Source: Dimorphilus gyrociliatus (Eukaryota; Animalia; Annelida). Taken from it: a DNA stretch of 64,000 nucleotides. Position numbers and translations under genes: made by a program. The stretch is taken from NCBI GenBank assembly GCA_904063045.1, contig CAJFCJ010000006.1:434001-498000 (forward strand), read 5' to 3'. Position 1 is the first letter of the stretch, and each line of letters opens with the position of its first letter. The notes under the pieces are model-generated. The model ran no database searches and had not been told where the DNA came from. It saw only the letters and a program-made list of their open reading frames with translations. This document shows positions 36,690 through 49,730 of this stretch, one piece after another.

Positions 36690-38366
36690 TTAGGCTTCAT
36701 GATACAATTTTGTTGCAATAATTTCTCCAGTTGAAAGTGTTTGAGTACTGCTGTCAGTTGTCTTTTTTACCGAACAAATTGATGAACTTGAATTTGAAGC
36801 TGTTTCAGTTGTTGGTGGTCGGGATGTATAGGAGCACAAATCCAATCTTAATTCGTGTAAATCGGTCAATGAGCCATTAGACATAGTTCCATCAAAATCA
36901 TCAAGATTTTTATCTGATGATGAATCTGACGGTATTATGCTATTTATCTCGTCTTGAAATGAAAAAGGAGCTGATTCTTCGAACATAGCAGAGTTAGGAA
37001 GTGAAGTTGGGGCAACTTCATCTTCTTTCCATACGTGAGTGGCTCTCCATTTGGCTCGAGATGTCTTAGGTGCAAGAACAGCATTGAACCACAAAGTCTC
37101 TCCAATTTTGAACTCTGTTTGCATATCCTCTATCGCTTCCACCATTATGCTTTTATCAAAAAATACGTGCTCATGTTTGCCAAGATCAACTATACCCCAT
37201 AATTTTGCTACATGATAAATAATTCCGTTGCAGGCTGTCAGCACATTTTGCGCTGAATGAACAAGGCCACTTTTTGGTTTACTTCCTGTAATAATTACAT
37301 TAAGCTTGGCACTTTTTAAAAGTGTTACGCTTTGATCAGCTCGATCATAGTTGAAAACCGAAGAAAAAGATTCGAAAAAACTCTCCAAATCCTCTTTATT
37401 GGAACCCATAACATTTTTCATACTTTCGGGCACGCTGGTTGTAAGGGGGAGTAAGCTTTGTATAGGGACTGTGGTACCCGAGAAACGTTTCTCCAGTATA
37501 TCTTTAAGGAACATGACTGATTTATATTCAGTTGCAGTCATAGAGACCGGTACGTTTGTTTTTCTCTTTTGAGATAAGTCTGTTTTGTCATTAAGGGATT
37601 TAGTTCGTTTTATATTGGAGCGTGAGTTCAACTTTGAATGCCCATTGCTCAAATCCAAATTCCTAGCTGGTACCGCTGGGGTTGACAAAGAAGCGATGTC
37701 ATCTTTAAGAGCAACAAGCTCTCCTTGAACCTCGAAGATATGAGGATGTTTCAGTAACCATTTTCTGAAATCTAATTGCGGACCAACGATACCCCTAATT
37801 TCAGCATTTGCCTGACTTAAATGTCCAGCTAATGATTTTATATTGATCCATTTCTCTTCCTTCTTTGCTAGCCATGACTGAAAGTAATTTACAGCTAGCA
37901 TCTCAAGAGAAACGTCAGGCACAAGGCTTGCTCCAGCTCCTGGAACAACGTTTGAACCGGCTCTCGAACATGAGACGCCGTCATCCAAACTGGATTGAGT
38001 AGAAGGAGATGATGCCTCAAATAGAGATACAACATTTCCCTTAATAGTGAAAAGTGACGGATATTTTTCTAGAAAGCTCTTTAAACCTAGAAAACAAAAT
38101 AATGATGAATCTAAACACATATACTATAGATGGCGCTAATCAGCAATTATACCGGCTTCGTTTCCACCACAGGCAACTCGCATTTCTGCTGTAAAACTCT
38201 GTAAAATTGTGTATATTGTGTTGGTAGCTAGTATTATAATTTAAAATAACTGTACCCTGGAGTTAAATCGACCAGCGAGCTGCGAAATATTCAAGCTTCC
38301 ATTGCTGTTCATAAGTACTTCAAGAAAATAAAGCATCGCTTTATGACCTGCTTCCTCGGTTGACAT
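36690..38366 (-). CDS. Egalitarian-like protein: three winged-helix (LOTUS-like) repeats + OB-fold-like segment + C-terminal TQT motif, no exonuclease domain; 3 coding exons
   Basis: MSTEEAGHKAMLYFLEVL..SQLAGRFNSR|SFTAEMRVACGGNEA|GLKSFLEKYPSLFTIKGNVVSL resembles the Egl N-terminus. Repeats FRKWLLKHPHIFEVQG and LESFFESFSSVF; GIIYHVAKLWGIVDLG; ends DSSTQTLSTGEIIATKLYHEA. Confidence 0.75.
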
Positions 38367-39106
38367 TTTTTTTATTGTTTCCTTTTAACATTACAATTAA
38401 ATGTAATTAAACTACATAGTTTAAATAGTTAAAAAATATATTAAACATAATAGCTTTCTAACTCACCAGATATTAATAGAGATTTACTGAAAGACGGTTG
38501 ATTTCCTACTCTTGGGTATTGTTAAAAAGCCCAAGTTAGTGTCTAATAATAGTTAATGAGCGAGGAATCGAAATGAAGAAGATCCGATTAGCTCTTCTTC
38601 CTGAAACATCATCGTGAGCCATAAAGTTTGGGGTGATACAATATTATAACAAACTCCATAAATCCTATTGTCAGCTTAGTATATTTCATGGATACTTTAT
38701 ACATAAAATAAATTTATAAATCATCTTCATAAATTTTATTTTGTTAGCGATGTTTAGTGAGCTAAACGGCTTGATTGTAAAAGAAAAACTTAGCAAAGTG
38801 AAAGACGTAAAAAGTAATTTTTTGACCTTTAAAAAATTGGACAATGCTGATTAGAAAATGATCAAATAGAAAAAATATTATTGTCTTTTAAAATAATAAA
38901 AAAAAACCTCAAAAAATTGACGAAAGCGGAAAATTCCTGAGAAATAAGAATCAATTAAGGATGATTCTTCGGCTGAACCGACCACTGAACCTTACTTTTA
39001 TTTAAAAATTGTTTTCGGAGACGTAACAAATTAGTAAGAATTGTTATTTGATACTAGTAGAATTATCTCGTCTTTGCAAAAAAGTTATCGTTAATATAAA
39101 TTTTAA

Positions 39107-39118
39107 TGCGCATGCGCA
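39107..39118. promoter_or_regulatory. Perfect NRF1/Ewg-type palindrome in the Egl-like/USP divergent promoter
   Basis: TGCGCATGCGCA. Confidence 0.6.
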
Positions 39119-39566
39119 ACATACATACGCCATTTTTGTGTGCTGAGCTTGACAGGTTCCTTCAAATCGTGCCGGTATTAAAGAGTTTTTAAGGATTATC
39201 TGCTAATTTTATATCTATTAGTTAATTCAACGATATCCTATTATATTTATCAAACAAAATCTGCATTTAGGTCAGAAATCAGACGAGAATTGAAGTTAGT
39301 ATTAAACATTTCATTATTTGTGTTCTAAATCAAAACAAATTTCAAATGAATTACGTTCGATTTTTACTATAGCGTCATTAATTATATATAAAGGAAAATG
39401 TTATAATTGCAAAACTCATTGTAAAAATTGTAAAGTCTCTTGATCTGAAATTATTATAACAGGGGCAAACTCAAATTTGTTTGTTTTTTTTGTATGGATA
39501 TTCTCGATATTACTTAGTATAGCAAATAGTGACTTTAATAATTTTTCTTACAGTACAATTAAGAAA

Positions 39567-41726
39567 ATGGTTTTAGAGACCGCTCATGCGGTTCTGAGAC
39601 TACTGGGCTTTTGCTTCTTGGATTGGATATTTTTTATGCTCATTGACAATGCGGTTAAATTTAGTCTCCGGTATGTTCAAACATGTTGTTTTGCACAATT
39701 TCACTCGTATCATTTCTCTAGGAAAAATGTTTTTAGTCGAGAAGTTATTTGGGCTTCAGAATCAGTTGTGTTTGTAACTGTTGCATATAACTTGCAATAT
39801 TCTCACACATTTATGAGCCATACCCCATATCTTTTATATATTGCTGCTCTCATAGAATTTGGTATCACCTTATACTCTTCTAGGTTTTATGCTAGGTGAG
39901 ATATATTCTAAGTTTCATCCATTTTTAAGCTTATTGAATCTTAATTATCACTTTTAGAAATTTGTTATCTTTTATTGGAAATCGTTGGGAAGAATACGAA
40001 CAACACGAAGAAAGTAGAGAAAATCAACAGCGCTTATTTGAAGCAACAAGACATACTCAAACACTCAATCAGACATCAACAATTCAACGTTCAATAAGTT
40101 GTGCTGAAGTACCATTGGTGAACCAACAAAAATCTCAATATAGCTATTCACCAAAGACAAATTTTACAATGCAATCAGGATTTGATTTTTCAGTTCGTCG
40201 ACCTATTCAACAAAGTGAGCCATCTTTTCTTCCAGTAAGGAATCTACAAGAAAGTAATTTTCCACCTCCTGGCATATGTAATTCAGGCAACATGTGCTTC
40301 CTAAATAGCATTGTGCAAGTACTTGCACATACTCCTAAATTAGTTGAGAACTTAAGCCGAACTAACGACTCTGGATCAAACTTTTTGAAATCATTTAAGG
40401 ATGCATGCTTTCAATTGAGATATAACAGAAATGCTAAGAGTTATGTTGAGCTCAATCAGTTGAAAAACTTTATTCGGTGTAAGGACCCAAGCAAAGAATT
40501 TTTAAACTCAGATTCAATCCAACAAGAACAGCATGATGCCAGTGAACTTTTTCTCTGGCTTTTAGACTCTTTACATACTGATTTACTTTCAACTGACAAT
40601 ACACGTAAGCTTTTAATTCATTTGTATGATAATACTATTTTCAACTTATTCAGTTAATGGAGCTCTCTGTGGAAGACAACCTCAGAATTCTTTGGAGGCT
40701 TTAAAGTTTATTTATGGTGACATGACGGTGAAGGACATGGAGGAAGTTAGAGATACAAGTTACACAGAAATAGGCAAGTCAAGGAATATTGAGTCGGATG
40801 CATTTGTCGAAGCTGTTCAAAGATTATCTGACATTGAGTGGTTAGCTTACAAATCGAAGAACTGTACAGCAATTGACGAGCTATTTACGGGGCAGCAGTT
40901 ATTTATTTCCCAATGTGCCAAATGTTATAAGCCTTCAGTGAAGGTTGTATTCATTTGATTTTACTTCCTCAAAGTAACAACATTAACTTTACAGGTTCAA
41001 CCATTTAGGGTTTTAATGTTACCAGTCAGTGAATGCCAAATAAATCACATTAGCGGAGTTCTTCATTTGAATGACTGTTTTCAAAAGTTTGCGGCAAGCG
41101 AAAGCGTTCAAGATGCAGTTTCATGCAAATCATGCTTGAACACTACGCTCAACGGTGCAGATTTGATGGGAACATCAACACCAGTTTATCGGCGTAGACT
41201 ACCGACTGATGCATCGCCTATACTATCTTGGAATGACGAGAGAGTGCCAGCAGAAGAAGGTACAACTCCCTTTAAAACTTCTACACCGGTTAGAGGACTG
41301 TCATCATCAGACTATTTTTTAAGAGCCTATTTGCGACAACTCCCACCTTGCATTGCCATTCAGCTCCTACGGTATCGTTGTACAGAAGAACATATATGCA
41401 GAAAAATTGATACACCGATTAATATACCACTAAGGAATTTGAATTTAACAAAGCTACTTATTGGAAACTGCACAATTTCACCTAAAGTTGAAACAGTTTT
41501 TCCAAGTGCTATTGACTTATTATATGATTTGTATGCAGTTTGTGTTCATTTTGGTTCAAATTGCAGCAGTGGACACTATGTCACTTATGCTTTAGGTCCA
41601 GATGAACTGTGGTATAAATTTGATGATGACAAAGTGACTCGTATTACTGGAATGGACTATGAATTAACCAAGCGACAAATAAAGGAAAATGTTTATTTAC
41701 TTTTCTACAAACGCCGTATTTGTTGA
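39567..41726 (+). CDS. Ubiquitin-specific protease (USP2/8/21-like catalytic domain) with a hydrophobic multi-TM N-terminus; 5 exons
   Basis: Cys box GICNSGNMCFLNSIVQ, QHDASELFLWLLDSLH, His box YDLYAVCVHFGSNCSSGHYVTY..WYKFDD. The upstream hydrophobic ORF (39477-39899) splices in frame through intron 39896-39957 (FYAR|NLLSF). Confidence 0.88.
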
Positions 41727-41789
41727 ACAACTTGTTGCGATATTGTCGCATGATTTTGTTTATTTTTTTTGAATGAAATATAATTGGTG

Positions 41790-42724
41790 CTAGTGATAGG
41801 AGTTCGATTCGGTAGATTGGGTGAGATAAATTTCTAATGTAATTAGGCCAATAGAAAGAGTAAATAAAGCTTTTGACAGAAGTAAACTCCAAGATCCCAG
41901 ACTGAAACATTGTATCAAAATTCTGAAAATAAAAAGAAATTTCACATTTTGTTACTAAAAAAAGTATATAGCTTACTGTATAACTATAGGGCGATAAACA
42001 GACAAAAACAGAAAGCCTACTACAAGAGGTAAGAGTGCTTTATGTAAATAATAACGAGAATATAGCCAAACCAAAGTAGCAACAATCACGTTGTGTATCT
42101 GCAAGTATAAGCAAGTAACTATATAACAAATATATTCATATAAATGAATTTACCAAATTGATATTGCTCTCAAAGCTCATTTGCATGTACTTCCAGTCAA
42201 ATTCAACCCCTCTAGCTCCGACCCACAAAGGTATAAAGCGTGTAACAAGTAGCTCTGCTCCTGCCCATCCAAGACCAGCAACCAAAAATTTCATTTGACC
42301 TTTAGCAACTAATTTTGTCATTACCAAATGAAGACCAACTAAGTCAGCTATATCAATGGTGCATTTCATTAATTCCTAAGAGAAAATAGTAAAAATAGTA
42401 CGTATCTTCCATAAGCTTTAAATTATTTCAATACTCACGCCGACAAAGTCAAAAGATGAAGATGAATCGTATACGGGGAAAAATGTTGCTAATACGAGCA
42501 TTTTACACAATTGTGTAAACAAATAAGCTGCTCCTGCCTGAACACATTTCCAAAAAACGCTGTACTCTTGCCTGTATTAAAGATTACCACTTAAAATTGC
42601 ATTATATCGTTCAGTTGTCTCGTTGTATGACTGTTATTTATACTTACAGCCCGGATGTTCTGTATATTAGTACATAAGGAACGTACGACACAGCAACACA
42701 ATTTATAAAATGAAAAAAAGTCAT
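41790..42724 (-). CDS. TMEM147: Transmembrane protein 147 (BOS complex, ER multipass translocon)
   Basis: [99 protein letters not shown]; last exon [17 protein letters not shown]. Confidence 0.95.
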
Positions 42725-43064
42725 TTCTTTTCCAATTTAGGGTAATATAAGAAGTTGACTTTGGATCAACTGAAGATAATTAAAATATTCTCGAACTTGT
42801 ATTTTCGAAAATATAAAGTGGCTCCTTGGTTATGCGCTCTTTTCTTGCATATTTTGAGGAGAGGAAGCCAAAACCACACTACCTCAGTTTAACCCGAGAA
42901 TTTTTATGGATTGAGCGATGGCGGCAATGGCTGCGATGCATAATAATTTTACTGAGAATCATTTTTAAAAACTAATTTATATTGGAGTTTCGTAGAATCT
43001 TAGCGGAATGTTTAAATACTGCTGTTCTATCACTATTCTCCCTTGAACCGTATCATGCTCAGTG

Positions 43065-46000
43065 ATGAAAATAATAATTCTAATCATCTTTTTCTTTGCC
43101 TCTAATTCCCTTTACTTCAGATTTGTTCAAACAGGTAGTATAATAGTGAGGTACTGATGAAATTATTAATATTTTTTATTGTAGATACGAATGTTGAATC
43201 TTTTACAATCGAAGGCCAAGCAGATGCACATATTGGTGGTCCAAAGAATATTCTATTTTTTCAATGCAATCATTCCAAGCATGATTTCGTTTTGACTTCT
43301 AACAACGGATCAATTTTTCTTGCAACAGTTAATTCTACTCATGAAGGCGTTTATCAATGTTCATCATTAAATTGTAATGATTGCTTACAGTGGAATTTCA
43401 CATTGCACGTTGAAAGTACGTTTTTTATTTTTCATTACACTAGATATGTAAAATTTATTAGATATATCTTGGTAAAATATTCCTTTTTAGTTCAAATTCT
43501 ACTTTTAATAACTAAAAACTTTGATACATAATTGCACAACAGAAACAGGTACCAGGGAAACTAAAAAAACCACCCTAAATGATCCCATTACTACCAATAC
43601 TGTAACCACGTTAGCACCGACGTTAACTGTTGATATAATGGAAGATACTGAAGTTAAGGGATTTAAAATAACCAACAGAACTTTTAATTCCGTTCAAGTA
43701 CACTTTAAAATTACTGGCACTATTCCTCTTGGTAAAATATATTGTGAAAAAATTTGTGGTCTACAATGTCGAAACTTAACTCTTTGCAAAGTGAATCGTA
43801 CATCATCATCTGTAAGATTTTCGCAACAAGATTTAGCGATTATTCTTTGAATTTTTTTTCGTTTTATATATTTTCAGATATATAATATTCAAAATTTAAG
43901 AGAAGGTAATTCATATGAACTGAAAGGTATTTTAAACAATAGTGTCACATTGTATATTGGAAAAGTTACAACGCTTAAGAAACGTATGTATTAGAATTCT
44001 AAATGATTTAAACATTATAATTAGTATAAACATTTTCAGCCTCAATTAAAGTAACATCGATTTTTACCTCTAAATTTTGCTTTCAATCGGAAATAGAATG
44101 TGCTAAGTGTATTAAAATCTTATTGAAGAAAGCAAGAAGTAATGAATGGAAACGTTCATTTTATAATGGGAGGACTTTTTGTATAAATTATTTAGGTTAG
44201 TGTTTCTCCGAACTTCTAGACTGGAGAGTTTACTTTCTTTTATGATGTAATAGATTCCGAAGAAGAGTACGACATAAAAATTGACATATATTTCGGAGAG
44301 TACGGATTTCTTGAAGCGAAAAAGTATAAGTTAAAAACCAAAGCTGAAAGTATGTGTTCTGTGCATCTTTAATAGTGATTTGATTATTGATTCTTTTAGT
44401 ACCACCGTCTCCAAAGATTTTAGACCTCGAACTTAAAAAAAATGTTTTAACTTTGTGGATAGAAGTCGATAACTCAAAGAAAGTTGAAGAATTTTTCATA
44501 AAATTTCAAAATTGTCCGTCAGCCAAAGAAGTTAATTATACTACAAATGTGTCCGAATTAAAATTAAATAATACCCGATATCAGTTTATAACAAAGGTAC
44601 TTAAGTAATTAAAGGATATTCGAAAAGTTTTTATTTTACATTTGTGTCATAGCTTCCTGAAATAGGATGTAAAGTTTCTGTCAGTGCAGTAAGAAACTTC
44701 AATGGAAGTTCTCTTTATAGTCATTTTAAACATATTGATGATGCCATGCTGAAATATAGTAAGTGATTTAAATTTATGTTCTATCCTTAATAGAATTTTC
44801 ATTCTAGAAAACATTCGCCCACCGAAAGAAAAGAAATCAAATCAAACTGTTATAATAGCTGGCACACTACTTTCATTTTCCGCTATAGCAGCAGGAGCAA
44901 TATTTTTCTTTCTGTACAGGTAGAAAATTCCTCATTTCAAATAGATGGTTACTATCTAATTTTTCAGGCGATTTTTCCGACATCGTCAAAGATATGATTA
45001 CAATGGATTTTTTTTACAAAATGGACCATCCTCCATCGCAACAGTTGCCATAAATTTCAAATCAGAATTAACTAGTAAGTTTATGACATACATACTACTT
45101 TAATTTCGTACTATAATGTTACATAGAATTACCAGATAGTGATACCAAGCCAATACTTCTTGGGGATTGGGAAAATTATGTGCAGAAACTCCGCTCCGAT
45201 GGAGATGTTGGATTTTCATTGCAATACGCCGAGTTGGAAAAAGCAACTGCTCCAACCCACTTTCAAGCACATGCTTCCAATCTTTCTGAAAATCGTTTAA
45301 AGAATCGATATGTTAATATAGTTGCCTGTAAGTGATACTTAGGTTTAATAAACTTGACCTAGTTTGATCTTTATTCAGATGACAATACCAGAGTGATTCT
45401 TGGAACGAGTTCAAACCCCAAACATAACTATATCAATGCCAATTATGTTGATGTAAGCTATGGACAACATTAACTTTCCATTTACTGAGTTCTATTTAAT
45501 TGTAGGGTTATCATGCTGAAAAAGCTTACATAGCTGCACAAGGTCCGCTGCCAGCTACATTTGTTGACTTCTGGAGGATGATATGGCAAGAAAGATGTAC
45601 AGTTATTGTTGTTATAACAAACATGACTGAAAAAGGCAGAGTAAGTATTTATAATTCTAACAGTAGTTTTTCAAAAATTATTGCTATCAGAAAAAATGCG
45701 ATCAATATTGGCCATCGGAGGGTGAGGAAACATATGGTAATTTTACAGTAAAATTATTGTCAACTACTGAAAGAGCCTTCTTCACAATACGGGTATTTTC
45801 TATCAAGCAACATAAAGAATCTAAGGTAAATTCACTTTGTATATTAGAAATTATACATTCGAATCAATTCAAAATGACCTCAGGGAGATGATTCCGATCC
45901 TGAAGAAGAGCGAATGGTAGCTCATTATCATTTTACGGACTGGAAAGATCATAGCCGTCCTGCATATGCTTTGCCAGTCCTAAATTTTGTTAACAAAAGT

Positions 46001-47582
46001 GCTGCTGCTAACAGCGAAAATTCCGGACCTATAGTCGTTCATTGCAGGTATGCTTACGATGTTCAGGTTGTGATTTAATTCTAACACGCATTATAAAATT
46101 CAGTGCTGGAGTTGGAAGAACAGGAACGTATATAATGTTGGACTCTATGATGAGAGAAATTCGAGATAAGGGAACTGTATCTCTTTTGGCTTTTTTGTAT
46201 AGGATCCGTCAACAACGAAACGTTCTCGTACAAACAGAGGTCAGTCTATATTTGATTGTAACCTAGTATTTCAGTTAAGAACTTTTACAGGAACAATTTG
46301 TGTTCATTCATGATGCAATTGTCCAATTTATAAAAAGTGGAGGGGACACAGAAATAAAAGAGAGTGAATTGACAAGATACTGTTCTGAACTTGCTACAAT
46401 AAAATTACCTTCTGGCTCTGATGAAGAAGATGCAACAACTTCCCTTTTGTCATCATCAACATCAAGGTCTTCTACTTTAAAATCTCGGAGGGGCAATTGC
46501 CTGACTCCTCTTCATTTAGATGCCCAATTCGATGTAATTCTAATAATTTTATGTGAATCATTTTAAAGTCATAGCGAACAATTTTTCAGCTCATCACCTC
46601 TCATCAGCCAAAAGATTATATGTTCAGCGTGTCCTTAAACAAGGCTAATATTGGAAAAAATTTCTCACCAAAATTCTTACCTTGTAAGTAGCTGATCCCT
46701 CTTTCAACTATCAAATTTGCGTTACATAACATTAATATATATCACAGTAATAAACTCTCGAATAAAACTGCCTATGAAACCTGGAGAGGAAAATTCTGAT
46801 TATATTAATGCTTCTTATATGCCTGTATGTATATAATTTATGATAAATACTAGAAAATTTAGGAAAAATGTTCACAGGGCTTTTTTAAACGTCACGAGTT
46901 CATTTTAACTCAAGTTCCACTACCTCACACAACTGAACATTTTTGGATTATGGTTATAGATCATTCTGTCAAAGTTATGGTTAGACTAACTGGTGATGAA
47001 GAAGAGGATGGAGAGGCTTTTGAAAACTTTAAATGCGAAAAATTTAAAGTTGATATAGTAGAAGAATGTCATGAACTGAATTACGCAAAACGTATTTTTA
47101 GAATTCGTCTAATCGACGAGGATTTAGAAATGAAAACCACTTTAATTACCAGTAGTTATTGGCCTGAATCTTGTACGCCTATAACTACAACTTTTGAAGT
47201 TATTGATCTCATTAAAGAAAGCTACCAGGATGATTCCAGAGAATTAAGCATTATTATAGACAAATATGGTGGTAGAAGAGCTGGATTATTCTGTGCTTTG
47301 TCTGTTCTACAAGATCAGCTACGTCAGGAAGCTGTTGTTGACGTTTTGAGCTTAATGCAATTGTATCAATTAATTAGACCAGGCATACTACAATCACAGG
47401 TAGTGAAAGAGTGCACCTTTTGCAAAATTTAATTATTTTTGATATTTCAGATGGATTTACTATTTTTATATAAAGCTATTGAGAGTTTAAGCAGCGGTTA
47501 TAATCGCGATCGTGATTCAGGAATTGGAAATTGTCCAGATTCATCAAAGGCGGTCGACGACCATATTGGCAATGATAATTAA
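43065..47582 (+). CDS. Receptor-type protein tyrosine phosphatase, PTP99A/R5-like (signal peptide, Ig-like, Thr-rich, FN3 repeats, TM, tandem D1-D2)
   Basis: Signal [14 protein letters not shown]; Ig-like EGVYQCS; [25 protein letters not shown]; D1 [42 protein letters not shown]; D2 [12 protein letters not shown] typical of the PTP99A/PTPRG group. Confidence 0.9.
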
Positions 47583-47811
47583 ATTAGAAAATTTTTTACG
47601 TCGAAACATTATTTTCGTTTTCGCTTTTTTATATTGTAGACATATCTTTGTTGTTGTTATTATTTTACAATACTGCTTTATCTAATTTCTAGTTGCTTGT
47701 GTGATACGTCGTGAACGTCCTAAATGTTTTGAACACTGATGGTGCTCATTAGAAAATTCAATCAAATACAGCCACGAGTCATTCGTGTATTATTTCTAAA
47801 TTAGCTTTTTT

Positions 47812-49730
47812 TTACATATATTTTACAGGGAAAATGCTTAGCAATCGAAGTCCATGTAAGAAGATGTGTTGAAACGCTTTCATCAAATATAGTCTTGCTT
47901 GAATTAATGGTAGCAAATTTTCATGAGGATCCTGAATAAATTATGGTCAAATAGGTAATTTTGTAACAAAAACTTACTCTTAGAATTCTAATTCGCCCAT
48001 AATAAGAGCTAAAATCTTTTGCAAAATTAATAAGAAACTGACATAGCTGGAAAACGTAAATTTCACGTAATCGAAACACCTTACAATTATCTTCTTACCG
48101 TATGAATTTTAAAGTCTGCATTCGGCATTTCGGTAAATATACTTTCAAATGATACTTCCAGGTTATTGTGAAAACACGTTACATAATTAAATAGTAATCC
48201 CCATTCTTCCTGAAATTTTTCAATTATTATATAATTAAACTATACTCAAACTGATAAAAATAAAGGTGTTAACTTCGTCTGTAAGTAAAGAAAAATCTAT
48301 CTCTGATAGAGAAGGCAGGTTTGGATAAACTCCATCTTGTACAAGTTTATCAAATTGCTGAAATAGAGTTGAAAGACGAGCACAATTATAAAGAACAAAT
48401 TTTCCACTTTTTGAATTTAGGTCAGCTTTCGTCAGTTTAACCTATTTGAAAATGTAACGTAAGCACGCAAGAAAGTGTGATAAGTTTCTTTAATCGAATT
48501 TCTTACGATTTGAGAAGGCCTTGTCGATAAAAAATCAAACTTAAGTTGGCAAGTGGAAATATTGGTCAGCCATTCAGGATTATTTCCTTTACTGTTATAT
48601 TTTACTCCAAAAGCATCTTGAACTGCCTCAAATTTTCTTTCACAATACTGTTGCAAAGTAACACCATCCTCGGAATCAGTGATAATTACCTTTGCTACGC
48701 TTAAATTTTTTACCTATGTGGGTTATGGATCTTATAAGACTAAAATTTCATGTCATAAATTATGATATTTACAATTAATTTAGGTTTTTCTGACAGTAGC
48801 ATCCTCACAAGGATATTTAATTTTTGACATTTAAATTCATTTACTTGAGAACTTACGAAGATCAAGGAATTCTCTTTCAGAGAACACAATAAACATCTAT
48901 CCTTAATTATAATACGTAGATATGACAGTAGTTGGGCAAGTTCTTCATCTAAAATTTTAGAAACTTATATTATGAAAACATGACCTAGATAGATTTATAC
49001 CATCTAAAATTGTTAAATTTTTAGAAAAGTATGAAGAAATTTTATTTTCCTCAGCAAAAGTCTTTATATCAAGGTAACTTTTTTCTGAAATATAGTATTT
49101 GTTTTTCCTAATATTTTTTTTCAAGATCTCCATTGAGCACTCCTGTTTACACACTAAGCATTTTTTTGATAAGTCATTTCTGTACTGTGGTGCGTCAAGT
49201 AGAGGACAGAGATATCCCTGATTGGAGCTGATATAACTTGTTTTTGAGCTGCCAAATAAATTGTATTGAATTGTATGAAAAATTATATATCACCGGACTT
49301 ACTTAAAATAATTAAGAATTTCACATATATATTGAGCTGTCAAGGAGACTCTTGCTCTTTGAAATTGACAAGTATCTTGGGAGAAGTCATAGATGATGTA
49401 ACCACACTTTTCAAAGCTATCGATTCTTTGATCAGAAGATATAATATTAGTTATGGCATACTGAAAAACTCTTTTGCGGTTAAGATAAACACATAAGTCA
49501 TCCTCTCTCATACATTTGATGAAATTAATAATGTCATCAGCCGAAGCTGCCTCTGATTCAAAATCCAATTTAGGTTTAACAAAAGAGGAAGGTATGAAAA
49601 AGTCACCCAATGTAAATTTATTGGTACGTCTACAAAGAATCTTTCTAAATTCTTTAATATCCTTAATATAGTCTTTTACATATTGATGAACACTTAATGT
49701 TAAAGTTTTAAGAAGATTTTGGTCTTCCAT
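47812..49730 (-). CDS. DALRD3: DALR anticodon-binding domain-containing protein 3
   Basis: QLKFDFLST, FVLYNCARLSTLFQQFDKLVQDGVYPNLPSLSEIDFSLLTDE|EEWGLLFNY, LCQFLINFAKDFSSYYGRIRILR, LIQARLYLMKAFQHIFLHGLRLLSIFPVKYM*. Confidence 0.88.
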
